33,432 bases of DNA from Perkinsus chesapeaki ATCC PRA-425 (taxonomy: Eukaryota; Protista; Perkinsozoa), in NCBI GenBank assembly GCA_013115145.1, contig JAAPAO010000393.1, forward strand, positions 1 to 33,432, read 5' to 3'. This document shows, one piece after another, positions 1 through 11,174 of this stretch. Made by a program: the position numbers and the translations under genes. The stretch's first letter is position 1, and each line of letters begins with the position of its first letter. The notes under the pieces were generated by a model. That model was not told the DNA's origin and did no database searches. It worked only from the letters and a program-made list of their open reading frames with translations.

Positions 1-2
1 CC

Positions 3-310
3 TTGACGTTGAGAAAGTCTTTGCCTCATGCGTTACTTATCGCCTCAATTGAAGGCGGATATGATCCTTTACAGACCAGTGAATCTGTGCGGAGCTTAGC
101 GACTGGTCTAAGGAGAATGACGGAGAAAGCTAGGATGCTTGAATTAGAGAAAAGCAATTCTCTTACTAAGGCTGCAATGGTAAGGATTGATGTGATTAGG
201 AATGCTCCCCTGTGATGTGTGTATTTTAGGATGTATGGCGAACTCACGTGTCCCCTCAAGTTGGTTTGTACCGTTCGACAGGATGGAGGATTGGAAATCT
301 ATCAGACTGA
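3..310 (+). CDS. 3' end of a hypothetical spliced protein (5' part outside window)
   Basis: Open frame from nt 3 to ATG|gtaagg; 50-nt GT-AG intron 180-229 (..tattttag); in-frame exon DVWRTHVSPQVGLYRSTGWRIGNLSD* ending TGA 308-310. No recognisable motif. Confidence 0.45.
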
Positions 311-528
311 GTCGTCTCTTCCCCAGGCAACAACATTACGATGTAGAAGATATATCATTCTATAATATAATGGCTTAACAAAGGCTGGCCTCACTTGCTC
401 ACTTCATTCTTATGGCTTTTGAGTACCATCTGACGTATACCATTCCATCCAATACTAGCAAATGCGTTTTACACTAAATGCTCCGGGTTGAGAGAACTTG
501 AGTTTGCAGTATCCAATACGACATTTAG

Positions 529-619
529 CTAGCTGCCGGCAGCTAGGCTTCACTGAAGCCTGAAGCCGCTCCAGGCTTCTACGGTGGCCGCCGATTTTTC
601 GGAATTTGAAATTCAAATT
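529..619. repeat. Cluster of short palindromes/inverted repeats
   Basis: Perfect 18-bp palindrome CTAGCTGCCGGCAGCTAG (529-546); AGGCTTCA-C-TGAAGCCT (545-561); GAAGCCTG..CAGGCTTC (555-562/572-579); AATTTGAA-A-TTCAAATT (603-619). Confidence 0.8.
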
Positions 620-1657
620 TATCGCCAACTCACGAGCTGACTAAGATGTTTGGTGTTTGGTGTCTATTAGCTGAGTAATTGTTTTTCTGATTGACATCTA
701 TTTGCCAAGATGTATTAGCATGGTATGCTAAAAAAGTTGAAGTGGTGTACAAGTCACCGAAGTATTTCACCTTGCCGAGGAATCATCTCTTAGAGTTCAT
801 CAACCGCTACCGCGACTGACATTAGTCGACTCTCAGCTCGTTGGCTATAAAGATGACTTCAAAGGCTTGACCATCACGGGCAAGTCTTGGAAGGGCATCG
901 AACAATCCTTACGATATGGCAACAACCTTCAGAGCACAAGAGTTTTCGGGGAACCGGGACCGTAATGTGTAGGCCTTCTTACGCCACAAGCATATGTCGG
1001 AGTATCCGGCTAATGGGACGGTATTTGCCGAATACTATGTTGTTGCTACACTAATGTATGCCGAATACGGTAACAATCGGTAGTTAGGAATTGACCGGGA
1101 AGTGCGCCCTGCACGCAAGTACAAATGAGAGCAAGCGTCAAACAACAAGTAACATGGTTGTCAGCAGGAGATCTCGCTCTTAACTTGCTAATTTTAGTAA
1201 GTGATTATTGCCAGCATCTCCGGTGCTTGTGGGCTTCTCGATCGGCTAACGCTATGCCTGAATGGTCGGGAGGCAACGGATGTATTGAGCGGCACGCCTA
1301 CATTCTAGGTTCCGAAGCGCGCGCAAAATCGCGCCGGCGGCAGCTATAATAACAATTTTTCTGCAAATTCCGCAATGCAAAAGTTTCACTATACCATAGA
1401 AAAGCCGCCGCCTTAAGGTTTTGCTTAACTATGGTTTCGCAATTGGTTCGGTGAGGCATCACTAGGATACTCATCGATCCTTTGGAACCGTCCCTATTCG
1501 CGATAAGTGACGCCATTGCTCGGTGCTTCTCAACTTGGGCTCTCGTCGTATTATTGATGATATGTTTTCCAAGCCCGGTTGTCATTTGTTGAGTTGATGA
1601 TAAATTTGTCCTGCAACGGGTAGGGTAGGTTAATTCTATCATTTCACTTCGAGCATA

Positions 1658-3818
1658 ATGAGCAAGACCTATCGTGTGCTCATTGGAGGGAAGCTGGGGT
1701 CTACGACTCGGTACTTTCCAAAGCACAACCCGGCCAATGGAAATATGCTCGGGAATGTAAGTCATACTCTCATTTTCCCCAAAACCTGAGTTACTATAAA
1801 TAATCAGATTCCGGAAGCGACTCCTAAGCAAATTGACGCTGCAGTGGCGGCCGCTCAAGAGGCGTTCAAGACGTTTGGCCATACAAAAAAAGCAAATAAT
1901 TTTTGACTGTTGTGATTTGTAACATGCATGCCGTCAGGATGAACGGATCCCCCTACTTCTGGCTTGTTCTGAGGCCATTATGGCCCACTTCACTGAGTTG
2001 GCAGAGCTGCTATGCAATGAGCAAGGAAAGCCGCTGTCTAACGCAAGCAAAGAAGTCGAATGGGCGGCCAGCTGCTTTAAGAAAGCTGCGAGGGTAGGCT
2101 CAAAACAGGTTCCCGAATTCGACGACATAGCTATTGATTGCTAGTTATGTCAGGCGCATGAGAATGAGAAACATTTGTCAGATACCGATCCCGATCAAGC
2201 TCCTTCACGAAGATGGTTCCTGCAGAGTAGAAGTTCGCCATCGACCGGTCGGTCCAGTAGCCGCGATAGTGCCTTGGAATTTTCCCCTCGGAATCGCTGC
2301 TTGTAATCATCATGCAAGCGACGGCTCGGAATGATGGGCTCTCCTAATGTCAGCAAGGGCGGCAAAGGCGTTGGCTTTCGGTAATCCAGTGATCATCAAG
2401 CCATCACCTCAAACCCCGATAACTGCCCTTCGTCTGGGGGAAATCTTGGGCGATATTGTGCCGCCAGGTGTTATACAAGTTGTCACTGGATCTGACTCTC
2501 CGGTGAGCTGCATTATTCGTCTTCCGTCTATTATCTTTCCCGCAGGGTGAGTTCAACGTTGGAGACTACTTGGTACGCCACTCTGGTATTCGCAAGGTGT
2601 CATTTACAGGAAGTGTCAAGACGGGTAGGAAAGACAGTGTCACACCTGACTGACTAAAAACCTCAATCGTGATGCGCTGATGTCAAACGTCACTCGTTCA
2701 GTACAATATTCAATTGTCGAGCCGCTCTATTAATCTATTTGTCCTAGGAGCTCAAGTTTAGGTAAAAGCGTGTTGGCCAGCTCCGTGAATGACCTGACAA
2801 GATGCACTTTGGAACTGGGTGGAAATGATCCGGCAATTGTTTTGGCCGACGCCGACGTTACACAAGTCGTGACCCCAATACTGAGGGCAGCATTCATGAA
2901 CTCTGGACAGGTCGACTTACAGTCTCCTGAAGGTCAGTTCTGACTCTAGTTCTTGTATGTAGGTTTGCAGTGCCATCAAGCGTATCTATGTGCATGCTGC
3001 AATTTACGAGAAGTTCGTTGAAGCAGCATCGATTGAAGTAAAGAAGCTCAGCAGTCTTGTGGGTGATGGAATGGACCCAAACGTTAAGTGAGAAACGTTT
3101 CCTTTGGCGTCTAGGCCTTAACCATTGTGATATATCAGGTATGGTCCTATTAATAATGAGATGCAATACAACAGGGTCCGAGAGTTGGTCGCAGATGCTA
3201 CCAGTCATGGAGGCTGCGTGGTCCAGGGAGAACTGCACGCGAATCTTCCCAAGAATGGGTAGGCATTACTCTCGAAAGCGAATCCGCTCGTATCCCTCTA
3301 AGGTTCTTCATGGCTCCCGCTATCGTCACCGGCATTACTGATGGAGTCCGTCTAGTGGATGAAGAGCAGTTTGGGCCAGTCGTGCCGATAATGAAGTCAG
3401 CGTATTACTTAGTTGTTAAGATGACTGTAAACAGGTACACGGACGAGAGTGAAGTTATTTCTCGTGCTAATGGAACCCCTTATGGATTATCGGCATCAGT
3501 GTGGGGGAGTGACAGTACCATGCTCAATCGAGTAGCTGAACAGATCCTTGCTGGAGTCGTTCATATCAACAGTCACGGACCGAGTAAGAGATTCCTCCCA
3601 ATAAGGAGTTCCTCTCATGATCCAAATTGGATCATCCAATATCAAATGACCCTTCGCGTCCTGTTTCTACTGGTTTATTCATTGACTGTTCAGGAGCGAA
3701 TTATGATAATCCTTTCGGTGGATTCAAGGACTCTGGACTTGGTCGAGAGGGCGACTACTCGGATGCCGATCTCCTTGCCTATACTGAGATGCAAACTATA
3801 GCTGTTGCCATGCCATGA
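1658..3818 (+). CDS. NAD(P)-dependent aldehyde dehydrogenase, paralog 1 (multi-exon)
   Basis: Spliced model MSKTYRVLIGGK..NPANG..EQGKP..PWNFP..KPSPQTP..FTGSVKTG..LELGGND (catalytic Glu)..NSGQVCSAIKR (catalytic Cys)..EEQFGPV..PFGGFKDSGLGRE..AVAMP*. All ALDH superfamily motifs are present and in order. Confidence 0.95.
2372..3617 (+). repeat. Near-identical direct repeat, copy A (copy B at 6074-7310), internal to the two ALDH genes
   Basis: By-eye alignment: about 21 substitutions over ~1.2 kb, plus one remodelled intron (52 vs 43 nt). Flanking exons and introns are much more diverged. Confidence 0.9.
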
Positions 3819-5376
3819 GTCCAGCGGTAAGCTTTCCAAGACGCATAGTATTATTGCAAATCGTGGGTTGTAGTTGAATTTTTTCAAGCCAGGGTGAGTG
3901 AGATGCGTTATAAACACGGATTTATTCTATCGCCCGCGAGTTGCACAGACGGCGAGAAGGACGGCCATCGAGGCTGCCGGCGTCATACTAGACTCTAACA
4001 TCATCAGGGAAGATTACATCAGTCACGATATTCCATATCTGAAGTACTTTACTACTGTATGGGAAGCTTACACACAGCAGATATTTCCATTTGTGATAGT
4101 TCATAATTCATGGAAAAGACAGTTAGCGGGACACGATATGGTGTCGAAGTTCGACAGTCGAACAATGATGATCATTGAATGATCTGTTTTACGCTTGGCT
4201 GGGGAATCCTGCTCACTGGTTGCAATTGTATGTCGATTGTGTACAGGAAACATATTCGCTCAATGATTCTCTTTTACGCATGCCAAGGGCGGAAGAGTCG
4301 AGTTAACGACTGCGGGTGGGACTTAAGGTTACCATCAATGGAGCCGAGAAGCTTGAATGGAGAAGCAAGGCGCCCTGGCTTGAGAGTTTAAGATCGAGGC
4401 GACATGTGCGCAGGAAGTTGATGAGAGGGCAAGATGAATTAGAATACGGTCCTATTCTGCTTACTTGAGGGTGTCCGTGTGTAGTTTTGATACAACCCAG
4501 TAAATATGTTTGACTTCGGTTAGTTGTATCACGGTTGATTTTTCCCCACCCACTGCCACCCGTTTGGGCAGGTATCATTGAGCGTATTATCCTTGCTTGA
4601 CGCCTCATCGGACAGGGCTCGAGAATGGAAGAATTGCGGGATCCGAACTTTAGACACACGAATATCGATTGCACTCGCGCACGGTGCTCATATGCAGCCA
4701 CGCACAATGCATGTACGCTTTCAGTCCCTCAAGCCTCACCTTAACTTGAGTCCTCCTTCTCATCTCGAATCAGGAGTGGTATCTAACTCCCGAAGGTTAT
4801 TGGTCTATATTTACGGTTATATTTTAATGGCTTGTCGGGCTCAGACCTTTAAAGGTCAATTTATAGATAAAGGATCGACATGATTTGCTGCAACTGGGAG
4901 TGATCTTTCATTCATGTCTTCCCTGAAGAATCCAGGACCACAGATTTCCGCAGATTTACACTTTGGTTTATTCCATGACATGGAATCCGTGCTGTTGGGG
5001 TTGGTTACACCTTCCCACGATCGTCACTTTCTGCTTCGCGCGCACGAACAATGGAGCGCACGGCGCTCAACGAGCACCTGTCGCGGAGTTAATCGACGTT
5101 CTCCTGAAGGGCGCTATATTGAGTTGACCTACCAGCTCGTTTGAAGTCTTTCTCCTAGCTGCTTTCGTCGATCTGATTTTGTCACTGGGTTCAAATGCGA
5201 TACATCGTTAAGGACCTTTCTCCTTGGAGTCGGGTTGTGCGTGCAGCACAGCGTGCTCACCAGTGGGACGCTGCAACTGTTGTATCCCAACAGGAACAGA
5301 GGTCAGCTTGGAACTCTGAGCGGTACAGTACGATAATATGTAGAGTAGGGAGAACATTTGTTTTTTACCCAAACAT

Positions 5377-7496
5377 ATGAGCATGGTCTATCGCATGAGT
5401 AACGGAGGAAAACATATATCGACTGCGCAGCACTTTCCGAAGTACAACCCAGCTAACGGAGAACTACTAGCAGAGGTGGGTGGGCTTCTCGTTCCCTTCA
5501 AGCAGTATGTCCGTTATTATGTTACCTTTACCGACTAGGTTCCGCAAGCTACCCCCGAACAAGTCGACAGCGCTGTTGCGGCCGCTCAAGCCGCATTCGA
5601 GACGTTCAGTTGCACGAAGAAAGTGAAATGCGTCTCGGTTGTCAAAGATAGCGGGCATGCTGTCAGGAAGAGAGACACCCAACCTTGTTGGCCTGCTCGG
5701 AGATAATTACGAATAGATTTGCTGAATTGTCAGAGTTGTTATGTAAAGAGCAGGGAAAGCCTATATCTTCCGCTCAGGAAGAGGTTGAATGGGCAGCAGA
5801 CTGTTTCAAGAGAGCAACAAGTGTAGGCCAGAGAGCGCGTCGCCGATTCGTTAACAAATCCAGGGTGGCTTGATTATCAGATATCGATACCTACCAAAGT
5901 CCTGTATAGTGACGAAGATTACAGGGTCGAGGTCCGCCACCGCCCGGTCGGCCCGGTCGCCGTCATAGTGCCTTGGAATTTTCCTCTCGGAATTGCAGCC
6001 TGTAGTTCTCATAACGGCCATTACCAAGGCCGAGCAGTACGTTGCTTCGTTTCAGTCCAGGCGGCACGGGCCATGGCTTTCGGTAATCCAGTGATCATCA
6101 AGCCATCACCTCAAACCCCGATAACTGCCCTTCGTCTGGGGGAAATCTTGGGCGATATTGTGCCGCCAGGTGTTATACAAGTTGTCACTGGATCTGACTC
6201 TCCTGTAAGCTGCATTATTCGTCTTCCGTCTATTATCTTTCCCGCAGGGTGAGTTCAACGTTGGAGACTACTTGGTACGCCACTCTGGTATTCGCAAGGT
6301 GTCATTTACAGGAAGTGTCAAGACGGGTAGGAAAGACAGTGTCACACCTGACTGACTAAAAACCTCAATCGTGATGCGCTGATGTCAAACGTCACTCGTT
6401 CAGTACAATATTCAATTGTCGAGCCGCTCTATTGATCTATTTGTCCTAGGAGCTCAAGTTTAGGTAAAAGCGTGTTGGCCAGCTCCGTGAATGACCTGAC
6501 AAGATGCACTTTGGAACTGGGTGGAAATGATCCGGCAATTGTTTTGGCCGACGCCGACATTACACAAGTCGTGACCCCAATACTGAGGGCAGCATTCATG
6601 AACTCTGGACAGGTCTGACTTATAGTTTCTTGAAGCTGCCAGTTCTCGTATGTAGGTTTGCAGTGCCATCAAGCGTATCTATGTACACGCCTCACTTTAC
6701 GAGAAGTTCGTTGAAGCAGCATCGATCGAAGTAAAGAAGCTCAGCAGCCTTGTGGGTGATGGAATGGACCCAAACGTTAAGTGAGAAACGTTTCCTTTGA
6801 CGTCCAGGCCTTAACCATTGTGATATATCAGGTATGGTCCTATTAATAATGAGATGCAATACAACAGAGTCCGAGAGTTGGTCGCAGATGCTATCAGTCA
6901 TGGAGGCTGCGTGGTCCAGGGAGAACTGCACGCGAATCTTCCCAAGAATGGGTAGGCATTACTCTCGAAAGCGAATCCACCCGTATCCTTCTAAGGTTCT
7001 TCATGGCTCCCGCTATCGTCACCGGCATTACTGATGGAGTCCGTCTAGTGGATGAAGAGCAGTTTGGGCCAGTCGTGCCGATAATGAAGTCAGCGTATTA
7101 CTTAGTTGTTAAGATGACTGTAAACAGGTATACGGACGAGAGTGAAGTTATTTCTCGTGCTAATGGAACCCCTTATGGATTATCGGCATCAGTGTGGGGG
7201 AGTGACAGTACCATGCTCAATCGAGTAGCTGAACAGATCCTTGCTGGAGTCGTTCATATCAACAGTCACGGACCGAGTAAGAAATTCCTTCCAATAAGGA
7301 GTTCCTCTCAAATTTCAACATGAAAGGGCCCTATGCGTACTCTTCACATATTTGGTTCACTGGTTGTTCAGGAGGGGACTATGACGAGCCCGGCGGAGGT
7401 TTCAAGGATTCTGGACTTGGTCGAGAGGGAGACTACTCGGATGCCGATCTAATTGCTTATACTGAGATGCAAACTATTACTGTTGCCACTGGATAG
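5377..7496 (+). CDS. NAD(P)-dependent aldehyde dehydrogenase, paralog 2 (multi-exon, tandem duplicate)
   Basis: MSMVYRMSNGGK..NPANG..EQGKP..PWNFP..LELGGND..NSGQVCSAIKR..EEQFGPV..GFKDSGLGRE..TVATG* (TAG 7494-7496). Intron positions match paralog 1. Confidence 0.95.
6074..7310 (+). repeat. Near-identical direct repeat, copy B (copy A at 2372-3617)
   Basis: Starts TGGCTTTCGGTAATCC and ends ATAAGGAGTTCCTCTCA, as does copy A. Confidence 0.9.
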
Positions 7497-9072
7497 TGTT
7501 TTTGCTTCTTCTTCCACTTTTTACAGTCAATCAGTGCTATCGGTTGCCGGAATTGCTGAATCACTATCAACTGGTGACCATTGTGACCATTGTTGCATTG
7601 GCAGTGCGTGAATATCGACCGAGTCGGGAGAAAGAATAGCTCAATGGAAATAACAAATATTGTGATGTAGCAGAACAGGAGAACTTTCCGCTATTCAGTA
7701 ACCTACACCTACTGGCTATCATCCATGAGAAAGTGCGGACCTTCTAGCACACAACAGGTTGAATCGCTTAAACCCCGCTTCCTCCGAGGAAGTTTATCGG
7801 TTAGATGTACTAAACCACTCTGCCGCTGACGGTTTCAAGACACTGCTCGGATTCTGTCAATGCAACCCATGTAGGTGACTCAAGATCCGTTATTCCAGAC
7901 GGGAGCCTTTCAAAAACGTTGTGCTGTATCCGACCGTGCCGACTCAATCTACTGTACTGCTTCATGTCAATCCTAGCTCGTGTGAGATTCGTTACTTGAT
8001 GATTGGTCATATCCCATTATTGTCCCATGCACATCCGATAGTACCCCTACAAAACGAAATGTAACATTACTGTACTATTAACGAAGTACAGAGTATAGCA
8101 TCACCAGGGTTTCTCACTCCCCACAGGGCGTTTTAAATCGACCAAGTTGAAGTATAACACAAGTAAGCCTCCTCTACACAGAACTTTCCAACGCAACATC
8201 ATCCATTTGTAACCATTGATGACTTATGAAAAAGGCAGCTAGGGTCGCATGATAGCACCACTAGCCACGCGATGCGATATCCAACCAAGTCACACTCATA
8301 AACTCTGAATACACTCCTGGCCAGTAATGGTTATTATTAGCAGTAATGAAGATCACTGGATACGATGCTGATCGCAACCAAAACGGAGGTTCACAACCAC
8401 GCTTCAATAACCGCTGTCAAGGAGTTACACGGGCGTTGAAAACACAGTAATAACTACCATCTGTTGGTAACGCACGAGAAGGCAAGAGATGACATTTCAA
8501 TGCTACGGACAAAAACATACTTTTTCAATCTTGTCATCAACATCTTGACTCATATAGGGATACAGGAAATTATCGCGAGAAATATTATCACTACTCAAAC
8601 ACCAGTAGGTCTTGCTGCTGCCGGAAATCCCGGAACATTATTCTTCCTCGCATACTACTAAGATGATAACGACGTCAATAGAAGCAGCAGCTGTTATAGC
8701 ATAGTAGCAGCAACAACCAGACGTATAGGACGGTGGACAATAGAACAACACACTTGTGATGACTTGTGTCTTAGCCGGCAAACTGCCACTGCTTTTCAAC
8801 ATCAATACGCATATCATCTACTAAGTTATAAAGGAGGAGTAGCTGGGGATTGGCAGTTACTCGATAGGGATCATTTATAAGGTGTTAAGCAGCGGAGCAA
8901 CAGCAGCAGCAGTAGCTTCAGGGTCATCTTACAAATATAGCCAACACCACCACCACCACAACCACCACCGACTGCTCTAGCGCTATTAAACTACTACAAG
9001 ACCAGTGGAGTTAATATCATCATAGTCAAAATCTACTTATAAGTAGGATGACTTTCACATAAAGATTTACCT

Positions 9073-10559
9073 CTATTGGAGCCAATCTATTAGCTCCAAT
9101 GCAACCACCAATTCATCGAATTTGATGGCTTGTACTACACCACTATCATGAGGTGCTTCACCCTTATCGGTGCTCAGCTTGGCAGCATCGAAATCAACAT
9201 AGTAAGCGTTGCCCATGAGGACCTTAGTACCGCTGCAAACACCACCGATGCTGATGCGGAACTTCATACGAGCTCCCTGGGGGCAGTCGAGCTCAACGGC
9301 AACACAACCGGGCGCGGATTTGCCAGAAATGCCGAAAGGGAAGAACTTGAACTTCATTGGTGGACCAGGAGTGAAGTCGTCAAGAGGTAACCGAAAGGTT
9401 GCGCTGACCAAGCCTTCACCAGGAGCAATAGTCTTCAGTTGGTCACGGACTGCACCAAGATTCCAGCTAACCTTGCGGAGTTGGGCGTTGACACGAACTC
9501 CCTGTTGGAGATGGGCATTTCTAAAGAGTTGTTCAATACTACTGCTGTTGGTACCAAATGCCTTCGACTGGATGGGTGACTGAGCAGACATCTTCTGTTG
9601 GCTTTGATGGGGTACAAACGGCGGGGCAGATGCGGACAAAGACGATTGGCATGGGACAAATGCAGGAGCGTCAGCAGACAAGGGTGTTGTCGGATGACGT
9701 GGCTTGCCATTCCTAGAAGAGTGCCTACGATAATAATAAACATATAGCGTATAGTTGTTGGAGTTGTAGCTTACTTAGATGATTTCTCACTACTGTCGCT
9801 CGTGGCCACATTGCCACTGGCGGTAGCAGCCTCCATCTGAGCTTGAGCATTAGCGAGCAAATTGGTAAGGGAAATCTTCTGTTGCTCCTTCGTTGACTTA
9901 TCCACGGGCTTCTTGGTGGGGCTGCCGATATGAAGCTGCTTCTTGATGAGTGCTGTGGCATCTACTGCTGTTGGAGAGCTGCCAGCCGAAACGGCTACTG
10001 CTGTAGTGGTGGTGGACGAGGAGGAAGCCATGACTAGACGGGCGTCCATAGTCTCAATAGAATTGAACTTGCCATTATCGTCTTTAATCTCCCATCTAAA
10101 CTCACAATCCGACTTGTTAACAGGTTTAACGCACCGAGCCACAACGAAAAAGCTACCCTCAGAAGAGTCCCCATCCAGCCATCCTACAACCCAGCCAGCT
10201 AGGCCGCCGCTGCTGCTGCAGTCATCAGCACCCTTTGGAGAGGTGCCTAGCTCAGGGACACCCTCACCATAACACATTATTTTTTTACCCCCTACAGACT
10301 TCCCCGCATCACTGGTAGTCTTGGTATAACGAAATTGCCATTTCTTGTCCATATTATCGATAGTGGAGGATGACTGTAGTACGTAGCTTCCATTGATGTC
10401 ATTGGCGTAGCAACCAGTGGCACCACTAAGTTGGACATGGCTCGGGAAGGACACAGCGGTGGTCGAAGGGGGTTGACCAGAGGCACCGTTGGCCGTGACG
10501 GCAGGTTTACCAGTAGAGTTTTGGGGGGTATCATGGGAGCTTGCGAGAACCAAAGGCAT
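9073..10559 (-). CDS. Hypothetical protein with two PAM2-like motifs and a C-terminal MATH/TRAF-like domain
   Basis: Two long ORFs joined in frame by a 50-nt GT-AG intron (9725-9774: TCT AA|gtaagc..tcgtag|G CAC). LSADAPAFVP and LSASAPPFVP fit the PAM2 consensus. The C-terminus (VSWNLGAV..ATFRL..MKFKFFPFG..CVAVELDC) resembles MATH. First in-frame ATG is 10559; upstream exons are possible. Confidence 0.75.
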
Positions 10560-11174
10560 GGATTCAATGGCCTTCGTTACATTAACTACGATAGAGAGCA
10601 CAAGCCACGAACAGCATCGGGATGACGGAGGCGACTGTGCGACACAAGCTAGGAGACAGCAGCACTGACGATGGCTTTGGACTCAAGATCTACCTACGGT
10701 AGGCAGAGGCAATCTAAGGCAGGTAGAGTGCACTATACGAAACCAAACGAGCTAGGAATGCACAATACTGTAGGGAACCGCCGCAACCGAGAAGAGCTTA
10801 GCCTAGGAGACGAAGGAAAAGGCAGACCCGATTCGTGAAACTTAACCTATCGATTGCTATTGAGAGGGCGTACCCCTTCATCATATCAGCTAACCTAACA
10901 GCTAACAACAGTACCGATCTTGGCGGTATCCTCAACTAGGACCTTTCGACAGAAACAGCCGAGGATGCTGCCGGCGGGCGAGAAAAGCTTTACGACGGAG
11001 CGAAGCTTATCAACGAATTTTCGAGGAGAGGGTGACCTGTTTTGAAGTTCAGCCAGAAATGCTCTTTACACTTAAAATGCGTTGCTAAAATCGAATCTGC
11101 ATCCCAGAATGGATTTAATGAAGAGTAGATGAAACTTTTGCAGCAGTAGCATTGAATAGTATTATATATCGTCA

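Noticed and set aside
3819-5376. Several 60-130 aa ORFs between the ALDH paralogs
   Set aside because: No recognisable motif and no consistent exon chain; treated as intergenic.
7810-8010. ORF with reverse-transcriptase-like words (RIDMKQY, FERLPSG)
   Set aside because: The motifs are far closer together than in real RT domains, there is no YxDD, and there is no other retroelement feature.
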